Part shown: positions 50,056 through 63,007 of the stretch, piece by piece
Layout: each line of letters starts with the position of its first letter
How positions within the stretch are numbered: the stretch's first letter is position 1
Assembly: GCA_000708835.1 (NCBI GenBank)
Contig: DF236995.1
Location: forward strand, 1-64,000
DNA length: 64,000 bases
DNA from: Klebsormidium nitens
Lineage: Eukaryota > Plantae > Klebsormidiophyceae
Direction of reading: 5' to 3'
Notes under the pieces: generated by a model
Seen by the model: the letters and a program-made list of their open reading frames with translations, nothing else
The model's database searches: none
What the model was told of the DNA's origin: nothing
Translations under genes and position numbers: made by a program

Positions 50056-52216
50056 CGTGCGGACCCTTCCAAGGGATGTGGAAGGACGCCGCTGCGCGCA
50101 ATGAGCTGGCTGGTGTTTGAAATTGGACTTCGAACTTGAAAGCGAAGGGGAACCTGTTTTCCATCTTTTGAATCTGTCTCGACATTGTGAACTGAATCTT
50201 TACGTTTGACACAGCAAACTCCGGTTTCCGAGGGAGATGACTCGGACAACAATTTCGAGGGGGTCGGCTGGATGAACGTACACCAAGTTATAGTAACCCG
50301 GATACGGTAACCCTCGATCTTGAATGTGTGTTACCCTAGTTGATGGTTGAAAGGTCTGTGGTGGTTACATAATGCTAAACTGCCGGTCAAGGTTGTGCCC
50401 GGGGGTCTTTGATTGAGCTGTTGCCACGTCGAAAAGACACAAACTATACAGTGTCAAAGCTGCTGCGAGAATGTGGCACGCGTTGCGCGAAAGTGACGCA
50501 CCCATGTTCTTTTTGCTGCTCCTCGGAGTCTTCTTTCCAGACCATTCTCTCTAGAGCCTCTCTTACGAGTCTTACTAGGTCTTAGTTAGGTCCCCAGGTG
50601 TTGAAACTATATCAACGTTGGGCCAGCTGCCAAGACCAGGTGCATTAAGAGTCTGAGAACTTAAACCCGTCTGAGGAGAAAAGCTTGAAAGTCTGCTCCG
50701 CTTTTCTACGTGGCACTCCCTGCGGCATGTGAATTGCCCCGGCTTCTCTCAGCTTGTCGATAGTCGGAGGACTCATAACTTTCTTGGATTTTGGTGTAAA
50801 AGCAGGTTGTTGTGGAGGTAGGGATTGGGTGACGTGCATGAACAAACCACTGCCGGAATAACCTGCTAGGGCACTGTCTCCACCATTTTGCAGGGCTTGC
50901 GGGCTTGCCAACCAGAGAGCCATTTCAGAGGGCACGGTATGGACATCTACGGTCACTGAATGCATGTTCTTTGCAGCATTCTTCCCAGGAGACTTTCAGC
51001 AGCATTTTGTTCAATGGAAGGGTCCATACTCATTGCTGCATCAGAACGAAAGGAAACACAGTCAAGCAGACATTTGCCCTTTCCAAGTGACTTTGTTTGG
51101 CAGAACGCAACTCGAAGCTTGTTCTGCATGAAGCTCCATTTAGGTTCTCAATTCAAGCCTGAGAGGTTTACTGGACGCACACTTTCAGTAGGGAACTGCT
51201 GTGCTTTTAGGTCGTTCTGTGCTTGCTGAGATAGGTCTTGCAAGCATGGCATGTCGTTTAAGCATCACACGCCACTTCGTTTAGATGCTACATTCTTTAG
51301 TAATCAAGGCAATAAGGCTGCGGCCTCCTCAGAATGAAGTGGCAGTCTTTTGTAATTCAGCCAATGCAGGAGTCTTTCTTTTCGCATGGTATTAGCCGGC
51401 GCCCTGACGTCTGGGAGCTTGGTTTATGGGTGTGTTAATTGAACGTTTTGTTTACTGTGTGTGCGGCATTGTTTAGGAAGTCAGAAGTGTCGCCTTGGAC
51501 TTGTGGAGCTTAATTCTACATGCCTGTCGGTCAAAGGTATGATATAGCTCCTTATCAGCAGCTGCTGTTGAAGTCAGTCCCTCATTCTTGTCCAGAATAG
51601 TGAACAAAGCTTGTAAGTAAGAATGTCAGACGCCATGACTGGAATATCTTTTCAGCCTGGCATTCAACCCCGACCAATGACATTCAATTCTTGTCCAGGC
51701 GTTTGTGTGGTCACCTCATTTTCTTTTTCTCCTCGTCTATCTTGTGAAAATGGTCATTGTACCTGCGCCAATGCAGGTACAATCACTGGGATGTAGGCAA
51801 CCTCACGGACCCCGCAGGCGGGAGGGTGCACTTGCGGGGAATAAGGGACGGGGCCATAGGCTCAGGGGAGGGGCACTCTGCTTGACACTGAAAACGATTG
51901 GAAGATTGCGAGCGCTTCCCCTGAGGAGTCTTCCGCTTGGAAACGCGACATTTCCTCTTCTTAGGTCTGCAAGTCCCCTCAAGGCAACAGAACAGCTGAG
52001 GCTGAAAGAAGGCAAGAGCGCGTAAGTGCCAGACGCTAGCTGAGCACTATCTGACGTTCAGACAAGACCTGCTCAAAGAGTGCTGCGCTTGTTCTGGGGA
52101 GGGCCAGCAGGAACAGGCAGTGTCTACTCGTTTGGCGGGAAGGGAGCCTTGACCCGCGGCAGCGCACTTAGACATAGCGGCTAGCATTCGCTCACACTGA
52201 AGGGGCTGTAGCCGCC

Positions 52217-55200
52217 ATGTCTATGCGGACCGACGCCAACTCTGGCTTGCCAGCGACTGGGGCGCCCAAGGGGCGCAGCGGACTCATCCAGAGTGCCATC
52301 CCGACCGCAATCTCGAGCTCCTGGAAGTACCTGAAGAACGTTGGAGGCGGTTCGGGGGTGCTCGGGGAGGACGCCGGCGCGGCGCCACTTGGCGCCCCTA
52401 GGATTGGTGTCTCTGTGGAGGATACTAAAAAGAAGGAGCAGGTGCGTGACTGGGGGCTTTATCTGTGGTCTTGTAAATACGCAGCTTAGCTGGCATTCGA
52501 TTGCACAGTGTTGACACACTGCAACTGAAGCAAAGGAGTAGGCAACACGCTGTGTGTCGATTGTATGTTTGTCGCTCGGACTGGTCGATTGATGTGCAGG
52601 GTCCTTTTGTTGGTTGAAGTTCCATCCTTGGTTTTAGATAATGAACCTGAACAAAAGTTCTGCTGATTCAGCAACCTTTCGACAATGGCTCAGGTATTTT
52701 GTCAGTTGCTTTTAACATCATCCTGGTTCATGTTGTCTAATCAGCTGCATTGACATCCATCATAGGAAACATCCCACTTTCTGCAGCTCCTATTTGGTCA
52801 CTCAACTCCTATGATTGCTTCCTGCCGTGTTTGTAAACATCCTTCTGGCAGCATATTGGCGTCCAACTCCAGGGCGTCACTCTCTGTAGCCATTTCCAGC
52901 ACAACATGGAGTCTTTGCAAGCTTATTCCGAAGGTTTCCATCTGTCCTTCTCAACCTAAAGCAGACCGGAAGAAGCACAATCCACCAACTCTCAACCCCA
53001 TCCCTCACAGGTCCTCTGGGCGAGCTTCGACTCCCTCGACATTGCCCCCGGCACCTCCCTCCGCGTCCTCCTCCTCACCTACTCCAACGGCTTCCAAGCA
53101 TGGGACGTCCACGAGGCCGGAGACGTGCGCGAGCTCGTCTCGCGCCGCGACGGCCCCGTCGCCTGCTTACGCGTCCTGCCGCACCCCCTCGCCCCCGAGC
53201 CCGAAGACAGCCCGCTCGCTGGGGCGCGCCCCTTGCTTGCTGTTGTGGCGGGGGGGGAGGGGTTTAGGGGTTTTGACCAGGCAGAGGAAGGGGAGAGCGA
53301 GGGGGGCGCGAGGTCGGCGGTGCGGATGTACTCGCTCCAGAGCCATGCGTATGTCCACGCGCTGCGGTTCCGGACGCCGGTGCTGGGAGTGCAGGCCAGC
53401 AGGAGGCTCGTGGCGGTGGCGCTGTCGGCACAGGTGAGAGACGGCGGTTTTAATGGCATCTGATTTTGTCTCGCAGGAAGAGTCTGCACCCGCATGTGAA
53501 GGCCTTTCCTTGCAGCAATTCTAGCGATCATCTGTGAGCACGAACTTTGAGTAGCGTGCTTGTTGAGCACACTGTCAGTTGAAGTTGCGGGTCAGAGATA
53601 GCACGGTTTGTTCAGAACGTCAGGGTAAAGAAAGGCCAGGGCCTGATTTGTATCCTCCTTCTTCTTAAGAAAGTGGCCAGCTCCGAGTGTTTCCGGGTGT
53701 GAAGGGAGGTCGAACTTGCTGAAAAGAGGTCGAATGTGCTGAAGAAATCAACGACTTCTTGCAACCATTGGTACTCGGTGAAGACGTAGTACATGCTTCA
53801 GCACCTCTTGTCTCCTTGAGCAAAATCCGGCCTTGGATAACTCAAGTTCCCGCACGCCTTTGTCCGCCATCTTTTTTCATGAACGCATTTGTTCCCAATT
53901 CTCCTTCATTCTTTGTTACTCTGTACTCACTGCAACATCCGACTTTCCCTTCTGATTGTAGAGGAGATGCAGATGACTTGAGTTCCTCATGTGCTGCGGA
54001 GACAGGTTTGTCCAAATTGCTTCAAGCAGACTGGCTGCCAAAGCTGCTGACATTGACGAGTTTATAGGCGACCTTACTTTTTGAAGTCGCTGCTGCACTT
54101 GGCCTCCTTTTGGTGATTGACAGCCTTCCTCGCATTCAGACAGCTCCCTTGTTACTGTTTAACTTCACCTCCCCTTTCCCTCTCTTGGGACTCAGGAAAC
54201 GATTACCTCAGAAGCCTTTCCAAAGTGAGGTGCTGCTTCGGATGCGAAGTCGTTCACGGTATGTGTTCTAAATATCTCCTCCAGACATCGTTCGAGTCCG
54301 AGGTCCCAATTGCCTATACACGTTTAGCTTCACGTTCCGCTTTGTCTCTCTCAAGCAATCAGCAAAGCTGAGATTTTCGGCGTTCTTCTCTCCCTGCAGA
54401 TCTACTGCTTCGATGCCGCGACCCTGGACAACACCTTCAGCGTCCTAACCTACCCCGCCCCTCAGCTGGCCCCCGGAATGACACAGCCTCAGCAAGGGGC
54501 GATGGCGCTTGGTCACCAGTGGCTGGGTTACGCCGCTAACCAACCCCTGATAACCCCAACCGGGCGCGTCTCCCCCCAGTGCCTCTCGACGCCTTCCCCA
54601 AGCCCGTCAAGCTCTCCAGCCACCCCCGGAAACGCCGTCCATCTAGTTGCCCACTACGCCAAGGAGTCTAGCAAACAACTAGCGGCGGGAGTGATCTCTC
54701 TGGGCGACATGAGCTACAAGACGCTCAACAACTACGTGCGCGAGCTGATGCAGCCCGAGAGCGGGGCGCAGTCTGCAAACGGGGGGCCTGCGATGCAGCC
54801 TGGGGCGGCCCCTGCCGGGGCCCCGAACGAGCAGGAGTATGCGGGGACAGTCATCATTCGAGATGTGGTGACGCGCAATGTCGTTGCACAATTTCGTGCG
54901 CACACGAGCCCACTTTCTGCTCTCGCTTTCGACCCCAGCGGAACCCTAGTTGTAACTGCCTCGGTTTGCGGGCACAGCCTGAATGTTTTCCGGATAACCC
55001 CTCAGTCGAAGGGCGTTAATCCGTCCAGCCTGGGAAGCAACGGGGAGACGCACTCCACCGCCCACTTGTACCGGTTACATCGAGGGTTAACCAACGCGGT
55101 TATCCAGGACATCCGTTTCAGCAGCGACTCTGAGTGGGTTGCCGTGAGCACGACACGTGGCACGACCCACATGTACGCCGTCTCGCGCTTTGGCGGCCAC

Positions 55201-58045
55201 GTCGGCCCCTCAACGCACGTGCGAACGCCCGACCGCTCTGGCCAACCGCCCACCGCCACCTGGCACTCTGCAAACGGTTCCCAAGGGGGATCCCCTCCTG
55301 GAGTGACCCTCTCCGTCGTCGCTAGGATACGGAATAGTAACGGGGGATGGCGAGGTTCTGTCACTGGGGCCGCGGCGGCGGCCACAGGCCGAGCGAACAT
55401 GATTGCGGGCGCCGTCGCGACGTGTTTCCACAGCGGGCGCGCGAAAATCGCACTGGAGGAGCGCGCGGCAGGATTTTTGGAAGAGCAGCTCTACGTACTC
55501 TCGCCGCAGGGGTACCTGCTGCGTTACTGGCTGCGGCCGTTCATCGGGTGCGACAGCAGCTCGGCGAACGCCCCCGAAGTTTTAAAGCTGGCCATTGAGC
55601 CAAGGGAACGGTGGGACGTTTGCCGGCGCGTCAGCTGGGTGGAGCGGGAGGAGCGCGTGACATACCGAGCGGACGGAGCTGACGGTTCCGTTCTGGGGGG
55701 GAGCGAGATTGGGCCGGTGGAAAGGGGGGTGCAAACGGGGGAAGACGGGTTTTTGGTCAAGGCGGAAACGGGGCCGGCAGTTAGCGGGATTGTGTCCGGG
55801 GTGAATGGGCCCGCTAAAGAGAATGGGCTCGTGCATGAAAACGGGCCGGGTGTGAATGGGCTCGTGAGTGTGAATGGGCTCAGTGCGATCGGCCTTGAGG
55901 GGCGGGGGGTGAACAGCCCACCAATGGGCTCTCAGAAGTTGTTTGATCAGCGCCCTCCGAGGCACGATTCCGCTGGTCGGGGGGGTGGGTTGAACGAGCT
56001 CTTGTTGGGTTCGGGTTCGTCGAACGGTTCGTTCTCACCTAAGAAGAAGAATAAGCAGACAGCTGGTGTGAATGGTCCGGCGAACGGGCCTTTCGGGGGC
56101 CCGTGGGGGAAGACGCCAAACGGAAAAGGGCCGTGGTTGTCAGCGGAAAAAATACCTGTAGAGAACGGACACGTGGCTGAGCCGGAGCGAGAGGTGGTGC
56201 GGCATCTGCTGGACGGGGATCCCTTCGACGACCAGAATAGTGAAGGTGAGGAAGCTGTTTCTTTGTACATCACTGTCGTGAGGAGGGTTGTGAGGATTTT
56301 TGACGCCCACCTCAGTTTCCGAATGCTGGCTGTTAAGCTTTCAGTTTTGCATGTCGATCATGTTTCGGCGAGTCCGCCTTCATCTGCTGTAAATATTTTA
56401 GGCCTAGCTCTGCCCGTCTGCCAACGTTGGAGGTAACGGCTGTAGAGACAAGGTCGTACCCGAACGGTCTTATCTCTTTCTTACAAGTAGTTTGCCCCCA
56501 GATTTCAAGCGTGCCTTACTTAGCAAGCAACGTATCGTGATGAGTTGAGTTTCGGGCAATGTCGCCCACAGCACTTGCAAGACCGTTCAGATGTCAAGTC
56601 CAATGCTCCAATCTCTTGCAGGTTCATTCGAGGTTTCCCAACCCAGCTCGCCTCCCTCCTCCTTCGAGTCCCCTCGGTACCTCCTACAAAAGCACTTCGC
56701 CAGCAGCCCAATTCCGGGGCCTTTTCTGACTCCCGCCATGCTCAACCAGCGCCCGGGGCGAGTTCCCCCGGTTCCCGTCCTAGACCTAGACAGCGAGGGA
56801 TCCCTCGCAACCAACCCCCCGAGCACGTCCGGGGACTCCGTCGAGTCGCCCAGCCCACCCTCCCCAAGCCCTCGTACTTCTCCGGTTTGTGCAAGTCCAA
56901 AGGATGCCCTAGAGGTAGGGTCGAAAGCGACTCGGGGGGGTGGTGATGCGGCGACAACGCCGCCCGCAAAGCCACGCACGGGCCTCCTTTTTGCGCTGTC
57001 GGAAGCGGAGAAGGGGGAGAAGAGCCCTCTGGAAGCAAGTAACGTCAGCCCAGACCGACCCCCCGGGAAGGGGCTGAACGGGTTGAATCTCAATGGGCTC
57101 TCGCTCGGGGGGGCTCCTTCGCTCTGGAAGGAACTAGACGGGGCTAGCGATCGCACCGAGGACGAGAGTGGTGATGTCGAAGACGGGGGTTTCTTGAGCC
57201 CTATAGTACAGAGCGGCTTGGATTCGTCGAAGAAGAAGGCCGGGGGCCAGTTTAAGGATGCAACGCCCGGAAGAGAAGACTCTTCGCCCAAGAGTCGGAG
57301 AGGGGTTGACGTCATGAGCCGTAGGGATGCTGACGTCAGCAGCGGGAAGGCCGGGAAAGGGAGCGGAAAAGCGGGGGACGACAAGGGCGGGCTGCTGGGC
57401 GGTTTGAGGGGCCTGATGAGCAGCGGGGCGCAGGGGCTAGCGGCGGCAGTGACCGCCGTGGGGGGGGCGCCTCCCAGGGAAAGTCTCCTGGACATGGGGA
57501 CCCCTGTGGCAGTGGAAAAGTCTGCGAAGGTCTACCAGCACCCAATTCCGGTGGGCGATAGGAAGAAGCCCGCGCCGCGCTCCGTGCGGCGCGTCCCTCG
57601 GGGGGGTGGCGAAGCAAAGACGAGTCCAGTCGTGACAGGTGGCAGCCGGGGGATGTCGCCAGCTGGCAGCCGGGGAGTGTCGCCGGTGGGCAGCCCGGGG
57701 GGTTTCGGGGGATCCCCTGTGGACCGTTGCACGACGCCAAATCTGATGGACAAGCGGGGGAAGCTTCTGGGGGGGCGCAATGGGGAGCGGAGTTACTCGT
57801 CGGAGAACCTGCATGCTGAGGAAGGGCCAATTTTCACGGGGGCGGTGGCAGAGGCCAAGGCGGGTGTGAACAGGGCCAAGAAGGGCTCGGGGGACGAGAA
57901 GGATCTTTTGGGGGGTGACTGGCAAGAGGAGTCAAAGCGGGGGGGGACGGGGGAGGTCAGCATGGACGGGTGGGAGCAGCAGGGGTTTCTAGAGGGGTTC
58001 TCGTTCAGCGAAGAGGGTGAGTCACTGTTCTCACAGCCGAAGTGA
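52217..58045 (+). CDS. ATG18: Autophagy-related protein 18, BCAS3-type (ATG18f/g/h-like) WD40 PROPPIN; 4 exons
   Basis: Exons: 52217-52441, 53011-53433, 54400-56245 and 56622-58045. Motifs: EQVLWASFD, VLLLTYSNGFQAWDV, ELVSRRDGPV, YCFDAATL, AHYAKESSKQLAAG, QFRAHTSPLSALAFDPSGTLVVTAS, HLYRLHRGLT and WDVCRR. Confidence 0.93.
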
Positions 58046-59079
58046 ACCAACGAAGAAGAGCAGAGGCAAAGTCCAAGGACGCTTAGAGAGCGGAGAGCAG
58101 AGCGGCATGCCGTTCCAAGCCCATTAGTTTCTCGATGAGATGCTTTGTCGAGTCACCCCAGCGCTTTATCAGGCCCTTCCTGACTCCCATATCGTATCTT
58201 TTGTCAGCAACCCACGCCTCTTAATTGCTCAGTCTGACACGCTTTTTGAAGAAGGTTGCCGTTCGAAATCACCGACCTGTTACAAGCGTGTCAAAGCCTG
58301 GTCGTTCGTCGATGGTGTAGATCTGTCTTGGTGTTTGACTCAATTGCTTTTGACTCGCAGATTGAAGAAGAGTGTAAAAGCAGACCGGCCACGAACCTGA
58401 TGGGCCGGCAAACTTGCCTACCTTTCTGACATGATGTGTACAATACGAAGCCTTTGGACGAGCCGCGGGCTTTCAGACGGCAGATGAGTTTCTGCACGTC
58501 GGTGGATCGAGGTTGAGAGGCGCCTGACTTGGGAGATTCCTTCGTGGCACGAACTTGCAGCGCATTCTTTCTTAGATTCGACGAGGCGATGGTATTTGTC
58601 GCCTTCTCTCTTCCAGCCAACCTTCAGAAAATTGGTTTCTTTAGCCCTTAGTCAATCTAGTGGTGGTTGTAATACGGCTGGTAGGTATAGTCTTCCTCTG
58701 GCGCCTCTTGGTCCGGAAAGACAGAGCAAAGGTTCATTGCGTACATATTTGCATGGTAGGAATGAGGACGAGATCGAATTGGGCCGAAGAGCTCGGATCG
58801 GACTTGGTAGGTTGTACATATTGGTACACTCATTAATTACACTCTTAAAAAGACGGAATTGAAACGACTTGATCTTGAAAACCCGTCTTAACCTTCCATG
58901 GGTTTGCTCAATTTGCGACGTTCTGGAGCAAGGAGCGGCTGCCAGGGCGACGCAGACTACTAACTGAACGACGCGCGGGACTGAGACATCAGTGCATGCA
59001 ATGCATGATTATGTGATATTTGTGCATGCCAGCCGCCGCGTCACGAGTGTGCATGATCGTCGGTGCGCACCCGGCGTTG

Positions 59080-59105
59080 CAGTGAATGATTCGAATCATT
59101 CACTG
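59080..59105. repeat. Perfect 26 bp palindrome
   Basis: CAGTGAATGATTCGAATCATTCACTG equals its own reverse complement. Confidence 0.9.
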
Positions 59106-59897
59106 ATCAATCATTTCAGTGATCAACGATGGCGCATCCATAATCTTGTATACCTAGTGACTCAGTGACTGTCGAATGCTGGCACATGTTCGAGTGAGTG
59201 CATGAGCAATTAATCAAGTATTGATTAGTATCCATGTGCGCTAGCCACTCATGCTGGCGGGGATCTTTCACTGAGTCGATCAGTGCTCAGAGATACTCAC
59301 ATGCTGGGTCTGACACTCGTACATGTGGCATGCGCAGCTAGAGCTCGCTGCATGGCAGCGAGGTGGCAGCTGCACTGCAGGCGCAGATATCGATATCAAC
59401 CTGGCATCCAATTGTTCGTACACTGACAGCACTGCATGGATTACTCAGTGGCGGCCCACTCGAGCGAGAACATTGCGGGACAGTGACGATCATTAAGAGA
59501 GCTGGCCGACGTACTATGATCCATTTACTGTAAGAGCAGACGATAATATTAGGCAAGTAAAGTGACACTCACTGGATTATACCTGGAATCTGCATGAGGA
59601 GCTATATTTGACCAGCCAGCTATCATTATGACAGTCTGACGCACGTCTGGTTTTCTCAACGCTTACAAAAAGGATGGGGAGTATGTGTCAGGGTCGAGCT
59701 CTGGGGGTTCGCATGCCAATCTGTTTTCCAGCTTCGAGCTGGCAACATGAGTCCGTTCATTTGTACAGCTCCCATGTCAAGCAATGCCAAACAGGTCTGC
59801 CTCCGTGCACAACCTTTTTGGCGCAGCAGGGTCTATATCACAACGACTTCTTACTGGGTTTTCAAGCTCAAGATCATTCAGTCTCTGTACGCAAACG

Positions 59898-62800
59898 TCA
59901 AACGAGGATGCACAAAACCATTGCTTCAGCGTACTCGTCCCACTGAGTACTTTTGGCCACCAAACGTGCCGCCGCCTCCAGCATCTTCTTCATCTCGCCC
60001 TGGAACGCGCCGGCGAGATTAACGACTGCCGCCTCGCCAACGTTTTCCTCCTGATCTCCCTCGTTTTGGTGCTCCGCTGTTCCGCCGGAAGCAGCCTCCT
60101 GTTCCGGCGGAGCTGCCTGATCGGCTTGGTCTGCGGCCTCTCCACTCGTCTCTTGGCGATTTGACACCTCCGTACCCGCCTCTGGCTCGTCGTTGTACCG
60201 GCTGTCGTCTGACGGCAGGGACGTCGTGTCAGCTCCCGCCTGCAGCACCGGCTTGTCCGACGTCTTGCCTCATCAAACTAACACATGACGGATATAAGTC
60301 AGGAGCTTTATTATTGCTGCTACTACTTATCAATGAGATCTCTCAGTTAGTGCTAGAACGTAGTCCTCTGCTGGATAAAACGGACGCCATAAAGCCATAT
60401 TTTGGACCGAAGCAGCCAGTGAATTTGTATTTTGCCAAGCCCTCAATCAGGCTCTTTGTAGATCAGACCCCGGTGACCAGAGTAAACGCCCGGTGAACGT
60501 CACAATGGCAAAAAGCGGCATAGAAACACGGGATGCGGAACGAAGCAAACAAGGACAAAGAAATGGATGGAGCGTCACCTTCCGAGTCCGCTTGGGCCCC
60601 TGACACTTATGGATCGCAAGAATTCTCTCGGTCATGCCTTTGCCGCACTTTGCTCGCACCGGACCATCGAGTATCCGGTTCCGCTCAATCCGGCGACGGA
60701 TCTGCGCTTCCGCTTCACTCCGCCGGATGCCGCGGGGTATTCGTGGCCCTGCATATCACCAAGCGGCAAAGAAGGTTCTAAGAATCCTAACACTGAGATT
60801 GACGTGCAGGCAATCAGCGAGTCTCGCGCTTTGCTCCAACCCGAATCCCACTTGTCAGCTACATGATCCCAAAATTACCTGCTGCCTCGCCTAAATTGAA
60901 TCTTGTATGAGCTCGCTAGTGACGCTCTGTCTCCGAGTGCAGCGAAATAACTGCGACAAGACTGATCGTACCTAGTGAACGGTGACGGGTTCATCAGAAC
61001 ACACATAAGATGCATCACCGATCGCAGGTTCAAGCTTTCCTTGATTACGAAAATGGGACGTAGAGCTTACGAAGGCCTGCTAATACGTCAGAAAAGTCAG
61101 GATCGAAGAATGGCTGCGAGGTAACGTCATATCATGTCTTACTGTGTTTGATCTCACCACCTAAATGCTGAATACCGCTACATTATCGAGGCGTTGTTCC
61201 TGCTGGCAGTGCAAAGAAAACACCGAAAGCGTCTGCATGACACGTTCATTAACCGTTCTTGAACGTCCTGATCAAATTTTGACGAAGATTGATTGATTGA
61301 GAGAGCTGTCAAGCCCCGGGAAGAATGCTGCACCTTCCGGTCTTGCTCTTGCTTCGCAGCTTGCTGAAGGGTGTCTCCCCACCCATCCGGCAGCGCGAAG
61401 CGCGATAAGGAGTCCACTAGCACGACGTCGCAGAGCTTCTCCCAACGGGGCTGCAATGATCAGCGCTCGAAAATTGAAAGGAACCAGTTTCGACATTTTT
61501 TTTAAGGTGCGAGTCGTTTGATCAATTCTATATGCTCACCCCTAGCAATAGAAGCTGATGAACACGGAAATGGAGTCGTGCTGGATCGAAATTTGGTGAT
61601 TGGGGGCACTAGCTTCTGCCACTAGCCCAGCCCACCCTAGTTTCCCGCACGCGCAACTATGGCGTGAGAAATCAGAACGAAGCTTCCTCAGTAACAAATC
61701 CCCTGATTTCTCAGATGAAACCCTCAGAACGGCGATCAAGTCCCTGATCCGTAAAGCAAAAAACGAGAATACTCGGATCACGAATTCCGTCATTCACATT
61801 CAGCTTGCACGGACGATAGAGCCAGCACATAGCCACAGTCACCCCTAGAAGACACTAAACAGAGTACCAAGATCCAAGAAGAAGCAATCTGACCAATCTC
61901 AAGACATTGAATTTTTGAAGGTGGTTTGCTGACCTCCAATCCAGACACACTGCTCGCTGCTGTATGCATATGCACTTGGATCGCATACATAGCGGTCAGG
62001 ACCTTCGTCAGCTTCATGCCGCTGGTGATCATCTTTGGACGGGCGCTGCACAATGGAATAGGTAGCCTGTTTCAGTTACTCCGATCGAGAAGCCACTGTT
62101 GAGTTTGAGTTTATGGAATCTTCTGCACCATTTCAGATAGTTCTGAGACTGAAATACTTGCAGGGCACATATGGTCTGTTAGAATTGCACTCTAAGCATA
62201 AAAAATGACGGTTTAGATAGTTTCTGTAGGAGATAACTTCTTCGAATGTACAGAATCCATAATACCAGCGGTACTGGCCGCATTCAGAGGAAGTTTCGTT
62301 TAATCATGGCAATCAGAATCTCATCTTCGAATTGAAGCTAGAACCGATCAGGAGAAACAAGAAAGGTCAGGGAAGCCAGGCAAACATTCTTGCCCTCCTC
62401 TTCAAACAGGACCAGAAGGTGATTTTCAATGATTATTTGCCAAGGCTGAACACGTCCTCAAAAAAGAGCAAACCAGTCTCCCGTCTACGTTCAATTGATC
62501 CAAAGCAACTTATCACTTGCAGTCGCACCAGGAACCAACAAGGAAGGCTGTTTCAAACAAGTTGTTGCACACCAGCCGGTTCTGTTACCTGCCAAGTACA
62601 CTGTCCGCAGCAAAAAAGAGCGTCGACTTGAACTCCTGCTGCAGCGCACTCAGAAGATCATCTGGAATCACGGAGACAGCTCCGTTCGAGGTCCAGCCGT
62701 CAAACATGGCATCAACCAGCTCCTCTTCATCTAGGCTCTGCTGAGCCTCTTCGCTCGTCCATTTTGTCATTAGGCTGCAGATGATGCTACAAAAGCCCCT

Positions 62801-63007
62801 GCCGGACCCTTTCTTTTCATATGTGGCTGCCAGCAGCTCAAGGAACTGCAAGAGGCCTTGGTCCTCATAGCCATCCAAGCCGTTGCAGAGGTCTGATTTC
62901 TGCAACTTCGCCTTGTTCAAGCCTTTCAGGGCTTCAAAGAAGCACTGAAGCTTCTCAGCGGTATTCAGCGTTTCAAGCCTCTTTTCGGACGCCTCTGATG
63001 GCTCCAT
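59898..63007 (-). CDS. Hypothetical protein (about 5 exons) with a KRKRR basic patch and acidic low-complexity C-terminal region
   Basis: Candidate exons 63007-62589, 62045-61934, 61450-61334, 60748-about 60650 and about 60265-59898. The first three introns are GT-AG and phase-compatible. I recognise no family motif. Confidence 0.55.

Noticed and set aside
50645-50965. 106-aa minus-strand ORF between the thioredoxin and ATG18 genes
   Set aside because: No motif, no clear splice partners and no coding-like codon bias.
56587-57925. Long antisense ORFs (302, 164 and 162 aa) opposite ATG18 exon 4
   Set aside because: They are expected shadows of a GC-rich low-complexity coding exon.
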